Assembly: GCA_913020665.1 (NCBI GenBank)
Contig: CAJVZI010000002.1
Location: 16,070 to 80,069, forward strand
Direction: 5' to 3'
Source: an uncultured bacterium
GTDB taxonomy: Bacteria; Fidelibacterota; Marinisomatia; Marinisomatales; UBA1611
DNA: 64,000 nt
The translations under genes were made by a program, and so were the position numbers. Positions 9,700 to 19,034 of this stretch are shown here, piece by piece. The notes below the pieces were generated by a model. The model saw nothing but the letters and a program-made list of their open reading frames with translations, was not told the DNA's origin and ran no database searches. The first letter of the stretch is position 1; the number at the start of each line of letters is the position of its first letter.

Positions 9700-12045
9700 T
9701 CAATTCCTTAAGGGCTTTCCTTTTTTCAACATATATTTGATTCGGTCTTGTGTTAATTTTTCACCTGCCAATGAAACAAAGGTCTCTCTTTCAATATCAA
9801 GGATATATTGCTCATCTACTGTTTTTGTAAGTCCAGCTTTATCTCCACCTGTTAAAACATACGCTAGTTTCTCTCCGATCTTCATATCATGTTCAGAGAT
9901 TTTGCCTTGCTTCTTGAACCCCTTAAGTGCCATGACCATTGCAGTGCGCCCACCTGCACCAGGAAGCTTTAGATCCTCTCTGTATTGTGGAGGCTCATAG
10001 GTTTCTGCATGCTCAAGGGCCTTATTCTTCGCTACTTGGAGCAGATGATCTCGATTCAGGATTATAGTATCATCCTTTTTTAATAATCCGAGGTGCTTTG
10101 CCTCATCTGCACTTGTTGCGACTTTTGCAAATCCAATGGTCTCAAATGTTTTCTGGATCTTTTGGAATGCACCCATACGTCCAGTGCCACTATCCAAGGC
10201 ATTCAATATCATTCTAAGAGTACCTCCTCCACCAGGAATTAATCCAACTCCTACCTCTACAAAGCCCATATAGGTTTCTGCTGCAACAACCCTATGTGCA
10301 GCTGGCTGAATTATCTCTGTTCCACCACCAAGGGTTAACTGAAATGGAGCAGCGATGACAGGACCTTTTGAGAATCTGATTCTCTGTGTCATTTTTTGGA
10401 AAGTATTCACAGCGAAATCCAATGCCTCCCACTGTTGATTATGTGTTAGATCAAGAAACAGATTGAGATTTGCTCCAGCAGAGAAGTTGGGACCCTGATG
10501 TCCAAGGACCAAGGCTTTGTATTTCCCTTCGTCAATCAGGTCTAATGCATGATTGACCATCTCTACATATGAACTATCAATTGGATTAAGTCTTGGTTGT
10601 AGTATGGAGTGAAATTCCACATTTAATATACCGTCACCCATGTCATTTACACTTGCGCTAAGATCTCTTTTTATGGTATGTCCTGCTGTTTTGTGCAGAA
10701 GAAGATTAAATTCTTTTGGATTTTGTTTGATCTTGACCGGATGTTTGCCACTGGGGCACCAATAGGTCCTTTGCCCATTCTCAACTGAATAAAATGTTTC
10801 GCGACCAGATTCTAACATCTCTAGTACCCACTTTGGCACTTTTTTACCTTCCGCTATCATTCTTTTTGTAGTTCTACGAACGCCCAATGCATCCCAACCT
10901 TCAAAAGGTCCTGCTTCCCATGCAAATCCCCATTTCATAGCATTATCAATATTGACTATATCATTAGATATCTCGGGTATCCGATTGGCACTATATATCA
11001 ATGTCCTTGCCGTAAGCTCCCAGAAATATTTACTTCCTCTGTCATCTGCAAAGCAGAGAGCTTTCATTTTATCAGACAATCTTTGTCTATCCTTGGCAAT
11101 TCGAAAACAGTCGAACCGTACTAGGTCCATGGGTGCATATTCACCTGTTTTGAGATCAACTGAATGGATACTACGGTCTTCATTTTTTTTATAAAACCCT
11201 GCTCTTGTTTTTTGACCAAGTCGATCTGAATCGATCAATTTATTTAAGATATCAGGTATTTTAAATATGTCGCGTTCTTCATCCTCAATTGCTTTTTCAT
11301 ATGTTGTCATAGATACATTTTTTAAAATATCCAGTCCTACAACATCAGCAGTGCGGAATGTCGCGCTTTTTGGTCTTCCTGAAATAGGTCCTGTAAGTTT
11401 ATCAACCTCTTCAACCGTAAGACCTTGTTCGATCGCAAGATTCATCGCGGTCATCATTCCATAGACACCAATACGATTCCCAATAAAGTTAGGTGTGTCT
11501 TTTGCATGAACAATTCCCTTTCCAAGGATGTTTTCACCGAATTCAACTATTGTATTATATGTTTCATCTGTGGTTTCTTTCCCTCTAACAAGTTCTAATA
11601 GTTGCATGTATCTAGGAGGATTAAAAAAATGTGTGATCATAAATCGCTGTTTTACATCTTCAGGTAGTGAGGCAGTGAGGTCATTCAGAGGAATTCCTGA
11701 TGTATTCGATGTGAGGATCGTTTCTGGCTTTAAATGAGGCAGAAGTTTTTGATATATCAATTCTTTAATATCCAATCTTTCCACAACAGCTTCTAATACC
11801 CAATCAGCTTCAGCGATCTTTTCCAGATCATCATCGTACGTACATGAGGTTACCATATCTATATTCTGTGGTTGATAAAGAGGCGCTGGTTTTAAGATTG
11901 ATAAGGAGTTTTTACCTTTTTCAGCCAGTTCCTTATTAATATCAAATAAATAAGAAGGGATCCCTGCATTACCTAAATGTCCTGCGATCTGTGCGCCCAT
12001 AACGCCTGCTCCGAGGACTGCAACTTTCTTGATCTTTTTAGGCAT
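9700..12045 (-). CDS. fadN: Bifunctional 3-hydroxyacyl-CoA dehydrogenase / enoyl-CoA hydratase (FadN-type domain order)
   Basis: N-terminal VAVLGAGVMGAQIAGH Rossmann motif. C-terminal crotonase-like FSAGANLNLF. 781 aa. Confidence 0.85.
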   Translation of the reverse strand: MPKKIKKVAVLGAGVMGAQIAGHLGNAGIPSYLFDINKELAEKGKNSLSILKPAPLYQPQNIDMVTSCTYDDDLEKIAEADWVLEAVVERLDIKELIYQKLLPHLKPETILTSNTSGIPLNDLTASLPEDVKQRFMITHFFNPPRYMQLLELVRGKETTDETYNTIVEFGENILGKGIVHAKDTPNFIGNRIGVYGMMTAMNLAIEQGLTVEEVDKLTGPISGRPKSATFRTADVVGLDILKNVSMTTYEKAIEDEERDIFKIPDILNKLIDSDRLGQKTRAGFYKKNEDRSIHSVDLKTGEYAPMDLVRFDCFRIAKDRQRLSDKMKALCFADDRGSKYFWELTARTLIYSANRIPEISNDIVNIDNAMKWGFAWEAGPFEGWDALGVRRTTKRMIAEGKKVPKWVLEMLESGRETFYSVENGQRTYWCPSGKHPVKIKQNPKEFNLLLHKTAGHTIKRDLSASVNDMGDGILNVEFHSILQPRLNPIDSSYVEMVNHALDLIDEGKYKALVLGHQGPNFSAGANLNLFLDLTHNQQWEALDFAVNTFQKMTQRIRFSKGPVIAAPFQLTLGGGTEIIQPAAHRVVAAETYMGFVEVGVGLIPGGGGTLRMILNALDSGTGRMGAFQKIQKTFETIGFAKVATSADEAKHLGLLKKDDTIILNRDHLLQVAKNKALEHAETYEPPQYREDLKLPGAGGRTAMVMALKGFKKQGKISEHDMKIGEKLAYVLTGGDKAGLTKTVDEQYILDIERETFVSLAGEKLTQDRIKYMLKKGKPLRN

Positions 12046-12048
12046 AGA

Positions 12049-13179
12049 TCAATCCCTCCCCAAAATTGTTGTGATCCCTTGTCCTGAACCAATACACATT
12101 GTTGCAATACCATTTGTTGAATTTTTCTGTTCCATTACATTGACCAGGGTGGTAATGATCCTAGAGCCAGAGCATCCCAGTGGGTGACCAAGTGCTAAAG
12201 CACCACCATTTAGATTGACCTTAGAAGGATCCCAATTTCCATTCTCTATAACATAGATAGACTGGGCCGCAAAGGCCTCATTCAATTCAATAACGTCAAT
12301 ATCGTCCATGGACATTCCTGCTTGTTTTAGTGCTTTTTCTGTGGCAGGGATAGGACCTTTCCCCATTTGTTTCCAATCCACACCGACGACCGACCTTGCT
12401 TTAATAAAGGCTCTTATTGAAAGGTCATTCTTTTCAGCAAGTTCACGGCTGCACATTAGTACTGCCGATGCGCCAATAGAGATGGGGCTGGATGTGGCTG
12501 CAGTGATCGTGCCATCTTCTAGAAATGCAGGATCGAGACTTTTGATCTTTTCAAGGTCTGGTTGTCTTGGACCTTCATCCTTTTCTATGATATTTTCTCC
12601 ATACATATCAATGGGCACTACCTCATTTCCAAAATGACCATTTTCCCAAGCTTTCAATGCTTTTTTATGTGACTCAATAGAAAAATGCTCTTGCTCCTCT
12701 CGAGAAATATTGCCTTCTTCTGCTAGTATTTCAGCAGTTTCTCCCATGCCGATATAATAATCTTGCTCGGCTAGTTCAGGATGAAAGTCAGGATTGAATC
12801 CGCCCATTGGAACAGAGAACATATCTTCCACGCCTGCTGCGATTCCCATTTGGATATCTCCGGCCTCTATGCTTCTACTGATTTGGTGAACCGCATCCAT
12901 AGATGACCCGCAGAACCGATTAATCACTGCTCCGCCAGATGTCTCAGGAATACCTGCTAGGATGGAAACTCCCTTCGCCATAAGCATTCCTTGGGGTCCT
13001 TCTGGGAAAGCACATCCTAAAACCAGGTCCTCGATCTCTTTAGGGTCAATATTTTTATTTCTTTTAAAAAGACTCATAATGATCTGTGCGGTCAGATCGT
13101 CCGGACGGATTCCAACCATTTCACCATTTTTCATTCCGATGGGGGAACGGACCGCATCAATGATCACAGATTCAGACAT
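12049..13179 (-). CDS. fadA: Acetyl-CoA C-acyltransferase (thiolase)
   Basis: NRFCGSSMDAV (acyl-enzyme Cys), GHPLGCSGSRI and CIGSGQGIT thiolase signatures. Confidence 0.9.
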   Translation of the reverse strand: MSESVIIDAVRSPIGMKNGEMVGIRPDDLTAQIIMSLFKRNKNIDPKEIEDLVLGCAFPEGPQGMLMAKGVSILAGIPETSGGAVINRFCGSSMDAVHQISRSIEAGDIQMGIAAGVEDMFSVPMGGFNPDFHPELAEQDYYIGMGETAEILAEEGNISREEQEHFSIESHKKALKAWENGHFGNEVVPIDMYGENIIEKDEGPRQPDLEKIKSLDPAFLEDGTITAATSSPISIGASAVLMCSRELAEKNDLSIRAFIKARSVVGVDWKQMGKGPIPATEKALKQAGMSMDDIDVIELNEAFAAQSIYVIENGNWDPSKVNLNGGALALGHPLGCSGSRIITTLVNVMEQKNSTNGIATMCIGSGQGITTILGRD

Positions 13180-13227
13180 TATGATCTCCTATTAATTTTT
13201 TTATTATATAACACACTATCGATCCTT

Positions 13228-15018
13228 TTAAAATGGATAGTCCTTCCTATCTATCATGAATTCTCCCAAATCTTTTTTGAGAGATATGGTATCAGTATCC
13301 AAGTTAATGATATCATGAAGTTTTGTCACAGATCTCATTATACTAGTTGGCACATTTTCTGAAAAGATCCTATTGAGGCATTTAGCACTAAGAGATCTAA
13401 CCTCAAGCAATGATTCTGCAACATTTATTTTTGCTATGTTCACAGGCATATTTGAAGTGCCATTTGACGATAAGGTTTGTTGGACCCTGCATATGACCGA
13501 TTCTGATGTATAGATATGTGTAAATATGTCGGCAAATGCTTCACTTAACTGTTGCTCATGTTTAAGGTCCTGACCAAACTCACATAATGCTTCTTGAAAT
13601 ATAAGGACTACTAGTTTTTTAGTTGCTTGAACAGCATGTTTTTCGATCGCAAAGTTATCTTGAGAATTTGCCTGCACATCTGCGGCAATAAATGTGTTTA
13701 GATCTTTTAAGAAATCTCTTAAGGAGATCTCTTCTGTGAGCACCTTTTTCATCATATACCCGCTAATGATCGCTCGATTGATCTCATTGGTTCCTTCCCA
13801 AATACGATTGATCCTATCATCGCGATATGCCATTGCTATTGGATACTCTTCAATGAATCCATATCCCCCGAATATCTGTAGGCAATTATCTGCTACCATA
13901 TCTGATGTCTCGCTACCGTATACTTTTGCCATGGATGCTTCTATCGCAAATCTCTCCATGGTCTCACCCATTTTTATATAATATTTTGGATCTTCCTTAT
14001 CCAGATCATCAATTGCATCCTGTATCATTCCTACAGTACAATAAAGCATTGTGTCTGCAACATATGTGCGGACCGTTATATCAGCGATCTTACCTATTAT
14101 TGAATCGAATTTTGCTATAGGCTGTCCAAACTGTCTTCTTTCGAGCGCGTATTTTATGGTCTCTCTTATAGCTAGTTTTGAACCTCCCACGCTAGCAGAG
14201 GCTAATTTATAGCGACCAATATTTAATGCATTGAATGCAATGGTAGCTCCTTTACCGACTTCATAGAGGAGGTTCTCTACAGGTACTTTTGCATCTGTAA
14301 ATTTTAATGAGGTTGTAGAAGATCCTTTCATTCCCATTTTCTTTTCTTCAGCGCCAATAGTGAAACCTTCAGTATCCCTATCAACAATAAAACCTGAGAA
14401 TTTGTTTCCATCCACTTGCGCTAATATGGTGTAGACATCAGCCCATCCACCATTACTTATAAACTGTTTTTCTCCATTAAGTATGTAATGACTGCCATCA
14501 TCTGATAGAAATGCAGTGGTCTTTGCTGAAAGAGCATCTGATCCTGCAGATGGTTCGGTAAGTCCATAAGCAGCGATCCATTCACCCGTTATGAGTTTAG
14601 GTAGATACTTCTTCTTTTGCTCAGGTGTTCCAAAAAATACGATCCCGAGACTACCAATACCTGTCTGGACTCCAAAGATGCATCCAAAAGATGAAGATCC
14701 TCCCCAGCCAACACCTTCAGTTATCAAACAAGCCGTTATCTTATCTAGATCTGTTCCACCAAATTCTTCTGGCGTATCAATTCCTATAAGCCCTAATTCA
14801 CCCATTTCGCGCATAATGGATCGACAGAGATCCTCGTCAAGTTTTTCAATATTCTGCACATTTGGAAATATCCTATCTTCTGAGAATTGAAAGATCATTT
14901 TTTTAATATCATTATGCTCTTCGCTGAACATTTCTCTGCAGAAAATAGTCTTGTCAGTGGATGGGGTAACTAGCCAATGACCACCGGTCTTTATATGAAG
15001 TATTTCTCTTATGTCCAT
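13228..15018 (-). CDS. fadE: Long acyl-CoA dehydrogenase
   Basis: YGLTEPSAGSDA and QIFGGYGFIEEYP...RINRIWEGTNEI ACAD signatures. 596 aa. Confidence 0.9.
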   Translation of the reverse strand: MDIREILHIKTGGHWLVTPSTDKTIFCREMFSEEHNDIKKMIFQFSEDRIFPNVQNIEKLDEDLCRSIMREMGELGLIGIDTPEEFGGTDLDKITACLITEGVGWGGSSSFGCIFGVQTGIGSLGIVFFGTPEQKKKYLPKLITGEWIAAYGLTEPSAGSDALSAKTTAFLSDDGSHYILNGEKQFISNGGWADVYTILAQVDGNKFSGFIVDRDTEGFTIGAEEKKMGMKGSSTTSLKFTDAKVPVENLLYEVGKGATIAFNALNIGRYKLASASVGGSKLAIRETIKYALERRQFGQPIAKFDSIIGKIADITVRTYVADTMLYCTVGMIQDAIDDLDKEDPKYYIKMGETMERFAIEASMAKVYGSETSDMVADNCLQIFGGYGFIEEYPIAMAYRDDRINRIWEGTNEINRAIISGYMMKKVLTEEISLRDFLKDLNTFIAADVQANSQDNFAIEKHAVQATKKLVVLIFQEALCEFGQDLKHEQQLSEAFADIFTHIYTSESVICRVQQTLSSNGTSNMPVNIAKINVAESLLEVRSLSAKCLNRIFSENVPTSIMRSVTKLHDIINLDTDTISLKKDLGEFMIDRKDYPF

Positions 15019-15149
15019 TAAAATGCTCTTACTTATTTAGTATATGTTTGATAAAGATATTAAAGATAGTTCCGGCATATTATTTAATAAAAGTGCCTTA
15101 TCTATTTACCATCCTATTATAAAGCGATAACAATATTAAACATTTATAG

Positions 15150-15179
15150 TTGACACGTTATATTAAAATATGTTATAAT
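15150..15179 (+). promoter_or_regulatory. Near-consensus sigma70-type promoter (TTGACA-18 nt-TATAAT) for the FTR1 operon
   Basis: TTGACA at 15150-15155 and TATAAT at 15174-15179, read directly from sequence. It sits 132 nt upstream of the FTR1 ATG. Confidence 0.45.
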
Positions 15180-15184
15180 ACTAT

Positions 15185-15199
15185 TGAGATTAAGTCTCA
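15185..15199. promoter_or_regulatory. Fur-family-like 7-1-7 palindromic operator TGAGATTAAGTCTCA overlapping the predicted TSS
   Basis: TGAGA-N5-TCTCA is a perfect inverted repeat 6 nt after the -10. It matches 10 of 14 positions of the B. subtilis Fur 7-1-7 box TGATAATnATTATCA. Near-identical copy at 24293-24307 and a degenerate copy at 18989-19003. Confidence 0.4.
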
Positions 15200-15222
15200 T
15201 TAACAATTAGTTATGTACTCCC

Positions 15223-15295
15223 GGGGCTCCCGAACCTTTGTTACTTATTCCGAAATCAGAGGTCTCTAATCCCAAGATGAAGTATAGGGGGCCCC
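15223..15295 (+). ncRNA. GC-rich structured 5' leader (candidate riboswitch or cis-regulatory RNA, unclassified) upstream of the FTR1 permease
   Basis: A 9-bp closing helix, GGGGCUCCC (15223-31) paired with GGGGGCCCC (15287-95), with one G-U pair. An inner helix, CCUUUG (15235-40) paired with CAGAGG (15257-62). This is a GC island inside an AT-rich spacer. Confidence 0.35.
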
Positions 15296-15310
15296 ATTAT
15301 TTGGTAAAAA

Positions 15311-16255
15311 ATGGCAGAATTGATCATAGTATTTAGAGAAGTGCTTGAGGCGACCCTCATCGTGGGGATCTTATATACCTACCTCGATAAGATCGGACAG
15401 AATGATGCATTAACAAGGCTCTGGCAAGGCGTTATGGTGGCCTTAGCAGCTAGCCTTATTGGTTCGTTACTTTTTCAGAAGTTTGCAGGTGGTTTTGATG
15501 GGGATGCCTCTAAGATATTTGAAGGGATTGTTATGATAGTCGCTGCAGGTATACTTGGAACTATGATCATCTGGATGGCGAAAAATAGCAATATCGCTGG
15601 AGAGCTAGAGGAAAAAGCAGCTGACGCAATAAAGAATGATGACCTGGGCTATGGTATTTTTGCTTTGGCATTCATATCTGTTTTTCGTGAGGGAATTGAG
15701 ACCATACTTTTCTTGTATGCGGTGACGATGCAAAAGGGTGGCTTGTCTGTGCCTCTTTCTTTTGTAGGAGCAGGGTTGGGCATCGGAGTTGGGTATATGA
15801 TATTCATCCAAGGAAAGAAGGTCCCGCTAAAGACATTTTTTAATGTGAGCTCCTTTGTTTTGATATTTGTTGCAGCAGGAATGCTTACATATGGGGTGCA
15901 TGAATTAGAATCTGCCAAGGTTATTCCTTACTATGGTGGGCAAGTGAATGTAGAGGAAGATCAAGTAATTGCAACAAGAGTTAGCGGAAACTCTAAAATA
16001 TTTATTTTTAATGAAAGTTCAGATAAAAAGAAGACGATCAACAGTGCTAAAAAATGGGCATCAAGGGTCTGGGATATCAATCCTCCAAAGCACGCTGATG
16101 GGACCTATCCAGTGCTCCATGATAAAGGCGCAATAGGTGGTCTTTTCAAGGGTCTGTTTGGTTACAATGGTGACCCCAGTTGGATCGAATTAGCTGTCTG
16201 GCTCTGTGCGGTTTTTTCAATGAACTTTATATGGAAAAGGGTTTCAAGAGCATAA
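15311..16255 (+). CDS. FTR1/EfeU-family high-affinity iron permease
   Basis: Two RExxE motifs, FREVLEA (aa 8-14) and FREGIET, within a multi-TM protein. Confidence 0.8.
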   Translation: MAELIIVFREVLEATLIVGILYTYLDKIGQNDALTRLWQGVMVALAASLIGSLLFQKFAGGFDGDASKIFEGIVMIVAAGILGTMIIWMAKNSNIAGELEEKAADAIKNDDLGYGIFALAFISVFREGIETILFLYAVTMQKGGLSVPLSFVGAGLGIGVGYMIFIQGKKVPLKTFFNVSSFVLIFVAAGMLTYGVHELESAKVIPYYGGQVNVEEDQVIATRVSGNSKIFIFNESSDKKKTINSAKKWASRVWDINPPKHADGTYPVLHDKGAIGGLFKGLFGYNGDPSWIELAVWLCAVFSMNFIWKRVSRA

Positions 16256-16434
16256 TGAAAAAATATACACTATCAATTTTATCTTTTTTGCTAATCATCT
16301 TTTTAAATGGTTGTGAGGATGATCCTTTATTAGCTCCACAGTCTGAAGCTGAAGATGACGGGGGTAGCTATGGCAATCTATCTTTACCAGGTGATGAAAA
16401 TGATGAGGGCCAAGAAAACCCTGAAATATTTTAG
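16255..16434 (+). CDS. Small acidic lipoprotein (59 aa)
   Basis: MKKYTLSILSFLLIIFLNGCEDD carries an LNGC lipobox. The ATG overlaps the FTR1 TAA by 1 nt. The track ORF 16180-16434 has an unlikely upstream extension. Confidence 0.5.
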   Translation: MKKYTLSILSFLLIIFLNGCEDDPLLAPQSEAEDDGGSYGNLSLPGDENDEGQENPEIF

Positions 16435-16449
16435 GTCAAAGAAGGGCAT

Positions 16450-18927
16450 ATGAAAATAAAATTATTAAAATATTCAATTGTACTTTTTTTTACATTTCTG
16501 AATGGAGATGATCATGAGACAGTAGTTTCTGGGACGGTATATAGAAATGAAAAGAATATTCCTTTGCAGGGAGCCAATGTAGTCTTTAGAAGTGAGTCAG
16601 GGCAGCAATATGGTGCATCAACAGATATTAATGGAATGTTCAATATCAGTGAGATATCTCCAGGTAATTATGATATAAAGATCAGTTTTATTGGATTTGA
16701 GGATTATAGTAAAAATATAATTATAGAAACTGGTAAGGTCTATAAGGTTGATGCCATACTATCAATAGAACCAATACTTATGGCAAAGCTTGAGATAATA
16801 AGTGAAGTAGAGACCCCATATGATAAAATGCCTGGTGCCGCTACAGTTATGGATATGCAGACCCTTAAACTTGTGAATCCGATAGGTACTCAGGAGATGT
16901 TAGAGTATGTACCAGGAATCAACGCCTTTGCAGATGATGGTATAGGCAACTCTAGGATAAGTATTGGAGTAAGAGGTCTGAATCCTAGAAGAAGCTCAAG
17001 GGTCTTGATCCTTGAGGATGGTGTGCCGATTCAGCCTGCCTTATATGTTTATCCGAATATGTACTACAATCCTCCTTCCGACCGTATTGACCAGATCGAA
17101 GTTATTAAAGGCAGTGGTACGATACTTTATGGGCCACAAACAATGGGTGGAGTGATCAATTATTTTACAAAAAGACCTCGAAATGAGTTTGGTGGTGCTT
17201 TGAAATTAACTGGTGGCGAAAATGGTTACGGAAGTCTATTTGCTGAAGTTGGAGGATGGGGTAGCGATAAACTTAAACCTGAACTGCAATTACTTTTCAA
17301 AAGGGGTGATGGGTTCAGACAGAATAATAGTTTTCAACAGATCAATAGTACTTTTAAACTGAATTATATTCCTTCTTCATCTAAAAATATGTATTTGAAA
17401 GGAAATTTGAATTATGAGAATTCAAATGCCACATATACAGGCTTGACAGAGTGGTCTTTTGAAAATGATCCCACATTTAATCCTAAGGAGCATGACAATT
17501 TTAAGGTATTCAGAGCAGCTATAGATTTTATACAGTCTGAAAAATTGAGCTCTACTTTAACAAAAAGCACTACTGCTTTTGCAAGCTTTTTTGATCGACG
17601 CTGGTGGAGAGAGAATGATATCTTTATCAAAGCTAGCGATCTTGGTGAGGATTCTCCTTCAGCTCAGCCATACTACAGTACGTTCGATCTTGTACGAGTA
17701 GGTAATGGAAAGAATAATTTTGGTATTCTAAGAACATTTTATGTTTTAGGCCTAGAGCGATCGTATAAGATAAAACATGATTTATTCAATAGACCTTCAA
17801 AAATGGAAACTGGATGGAGGGTCTATGCTGAAAGATTCATTGATGATAGGCAAACAGGTTTTACAAATGATTCAGTGTATACCCCAGATGCAAGGGAAGG
17901 TGTCTATTTCAGAGGGTCTGGAGATTCACTTGAAATATTAGGTACAAGCCATCATTACGAGACCATAGCATTATCAGGATTTTTAAGTGAGTCTATCGAT
18001 TTTGGAACCCTTACTCTCAGACCTGGAATACGGATAGAGCTATTCGAACAGACAAGAGTTGATAGAATGCAGGGTTCTATCTACCAGGATAAGACCTTGT
18101 TTGTGGTACTGCCAGGTATTGCATTTTCAAAAAGTATCAATGGATTAAATATTTTTGGTGGAATCCACCGTGGCTTTACTCCACCTTCTAGTGGTGCATT
18201 AAAAATCTTGAACTTTGGTGAAGGATTAGAAGACTCTGGTCTAGACCTAGACTCTGAAAGAAGTTGGAATAAAGAATTTGGACTTAGGGGAAGGTCAAGT
18301 CTATTTGATTATGAATTTGCAGGGTTTCATATTGACATTGAAAATCTTGTTGCCGCTGGTAGAGGTACAGCATTTAAGAATTTAGGTAAGGTTACAACAC
18401 AAGGCATTGAGGCGAGGACAAGTCTTTTATTATCAAATATATTTTCTTTATTGCCAGATATGGATATATCATATGCATTCCTTGACACAGAAGTAAAGGA
18501 TGCCACTATTATATCTAATGTATCTGGCACAGCCGGTTCTGAGGTTAGTATCAATGGTAAAGAATTACCCTATTCACCGGATCACACACTAACAGTTGGG
18601 CTCGAATACAATTCAAGTCCAAAAATAAACCTACGAGCTGACCTTCGGTATGTAAGTGAGGTCTATACTGATTTTGAGAACATAGAAAAAACAGATGATA
18701 TCGGTGTTACTGGGCCAATACCTTCATATAACATTTTTAATATTTCTGGGAGTTATAAGGTGAGCCCGCAGTTAAAGATATTTTTCTCTGGAAAGAATAT
18801 CACTGATGAGGTATATATTGGTTCGAGATTACATTCTAATCCAGGACAAAAAGAGGCAAATATTAGTTCAGGGATCATACCTGGACCTAGGAGGCAGGTC
18901 AATATAGGTCTAGAGTACCTATTCTAG
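16450..18927 (+). CDS. TonB-dependent receptor with N-terminal CarboxypepD_reg domain
   Basis: The VSGTVY...GANVVF...GNYDIKISFIGF regulatory-like domain, a plug (GNSRISIGVRGL, ILEDGVPI) and a beta-barrel ending in LEYLF. Confidence 0.9.
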   Translation: MKIKLLKYSIVLFFTFLNGDDHETVVSGTVYRNEKNIPLQGANVVFRSESGQQYGASTDINGMFNISEISPGNYDIKISFIGFEDYSKNIIIETGKVYKVDAILSIEPILMAKLEIISEVETPYDKMPGAATVMDMQTLKLVNPIGTQEMLEYVPGINAFADDGIGNSRISIGVRGLNPRRSSRVLILEDGVPIQPALYVYPNMYYNPPSDRIDQIEVIKGSGTILYGPQTMGGVINYFTKRPRNEFGGALKLTGGENGYGSLFAEVGGWGSDKLKPELQLLFKRGDGFRQNNSFQQINSTFKLNYIPSSSKNMYLKGNLNYENSNATYTGLTEWSFENDPTFNPKEHDNFKVFRAAIDFIQSEKLSSTLTKSTTAFASFFDRRWWRENDIFIKASDLGEDSPSAQPYYSTFDLVRVGNGKNNFGILRTFYVLGLERSYKIKHDLFNRPSKMETGWRVYAERFIDDRQTGFTNDSVYTPDAREGVYFRGSGDSLEILGTSHHYETIALSGFLSESIDFGTLTLRPGIRIELFEQTRVDRMQGSIYQDKTLFVVLPGIAFSKSINGLNIFGGIHRGFTPPSSGALKILNFGEGLEDSGLDLDSERSWNKEFGLRGRSSLFDYEFAGFHIDIENLVAAGRGTAFKNLGKVTTQGIEARTSLLLSNIFSLLPDMDISYAFLDTEVKDATIISNVSGTAGSEVSINGKELPYSPDHTLTVGLEYNSSPKINLRADLRYVSEVYTDFENIEKTDDIGVTGPIPSYNIFNISGSYKVSPQLKIFFSGKNITDEVYIGSRLHSNPGQKEANISSGIIPGPRRQVNIGLEYLF

Positions 18928-18988
18928 ACCCTAATTAATCATGGAATTTTTCTACATAAGGAGTAGTGTTATATGAAATAAATGAAAT

Positions 18989-19003
18989 TGAGACTTAATA
19001 TCA
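18989..19003. promoter_or_regulatory. Degenerate copy of the Fur-like box (TGAGACTTAATATCA)
   Basis: Lies 32 nt upstream of the 19035 ATG. The left half is TGAGA and the right half is TATCA rather than TCTCA. Confidence 0.25.
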
Positions 19004-19034
19004 AAAAATAATAATTTAAAATAAGGAAAACAAA

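Noticed and set aside
15213-15269. An 18-codon uORF (MYSRGSRTFVTYSEIRGL) as a real leader peptide gene.
   Set aside because: It is too short to support, has no obvious regulatory codon run, and overlaps the predicted helices. It is kept only as an alternative explanation in the leader finding.
15211-15300. The GC-rich element could be a tRNA or tRNA fragment on either strand.
   Set aside because: I could not build a cloverleaf. There is no 7-bp acceptor stem with the correct spacing and no GTTCRANNC T-loop flanked by a 5-bp stem. GGTTCGGGAGCC on the minus strand does not close.
16180-16254. The upstream extension of the small lipoprotein ORF, and similar long track starts at 21690, 34585, 38359, 62796 and 7672.
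   Set aside because: The extensions overlap the preceding gene and destroy signal peptides. Internal ATG codons give canonical N-termini and stop-start overlaps.
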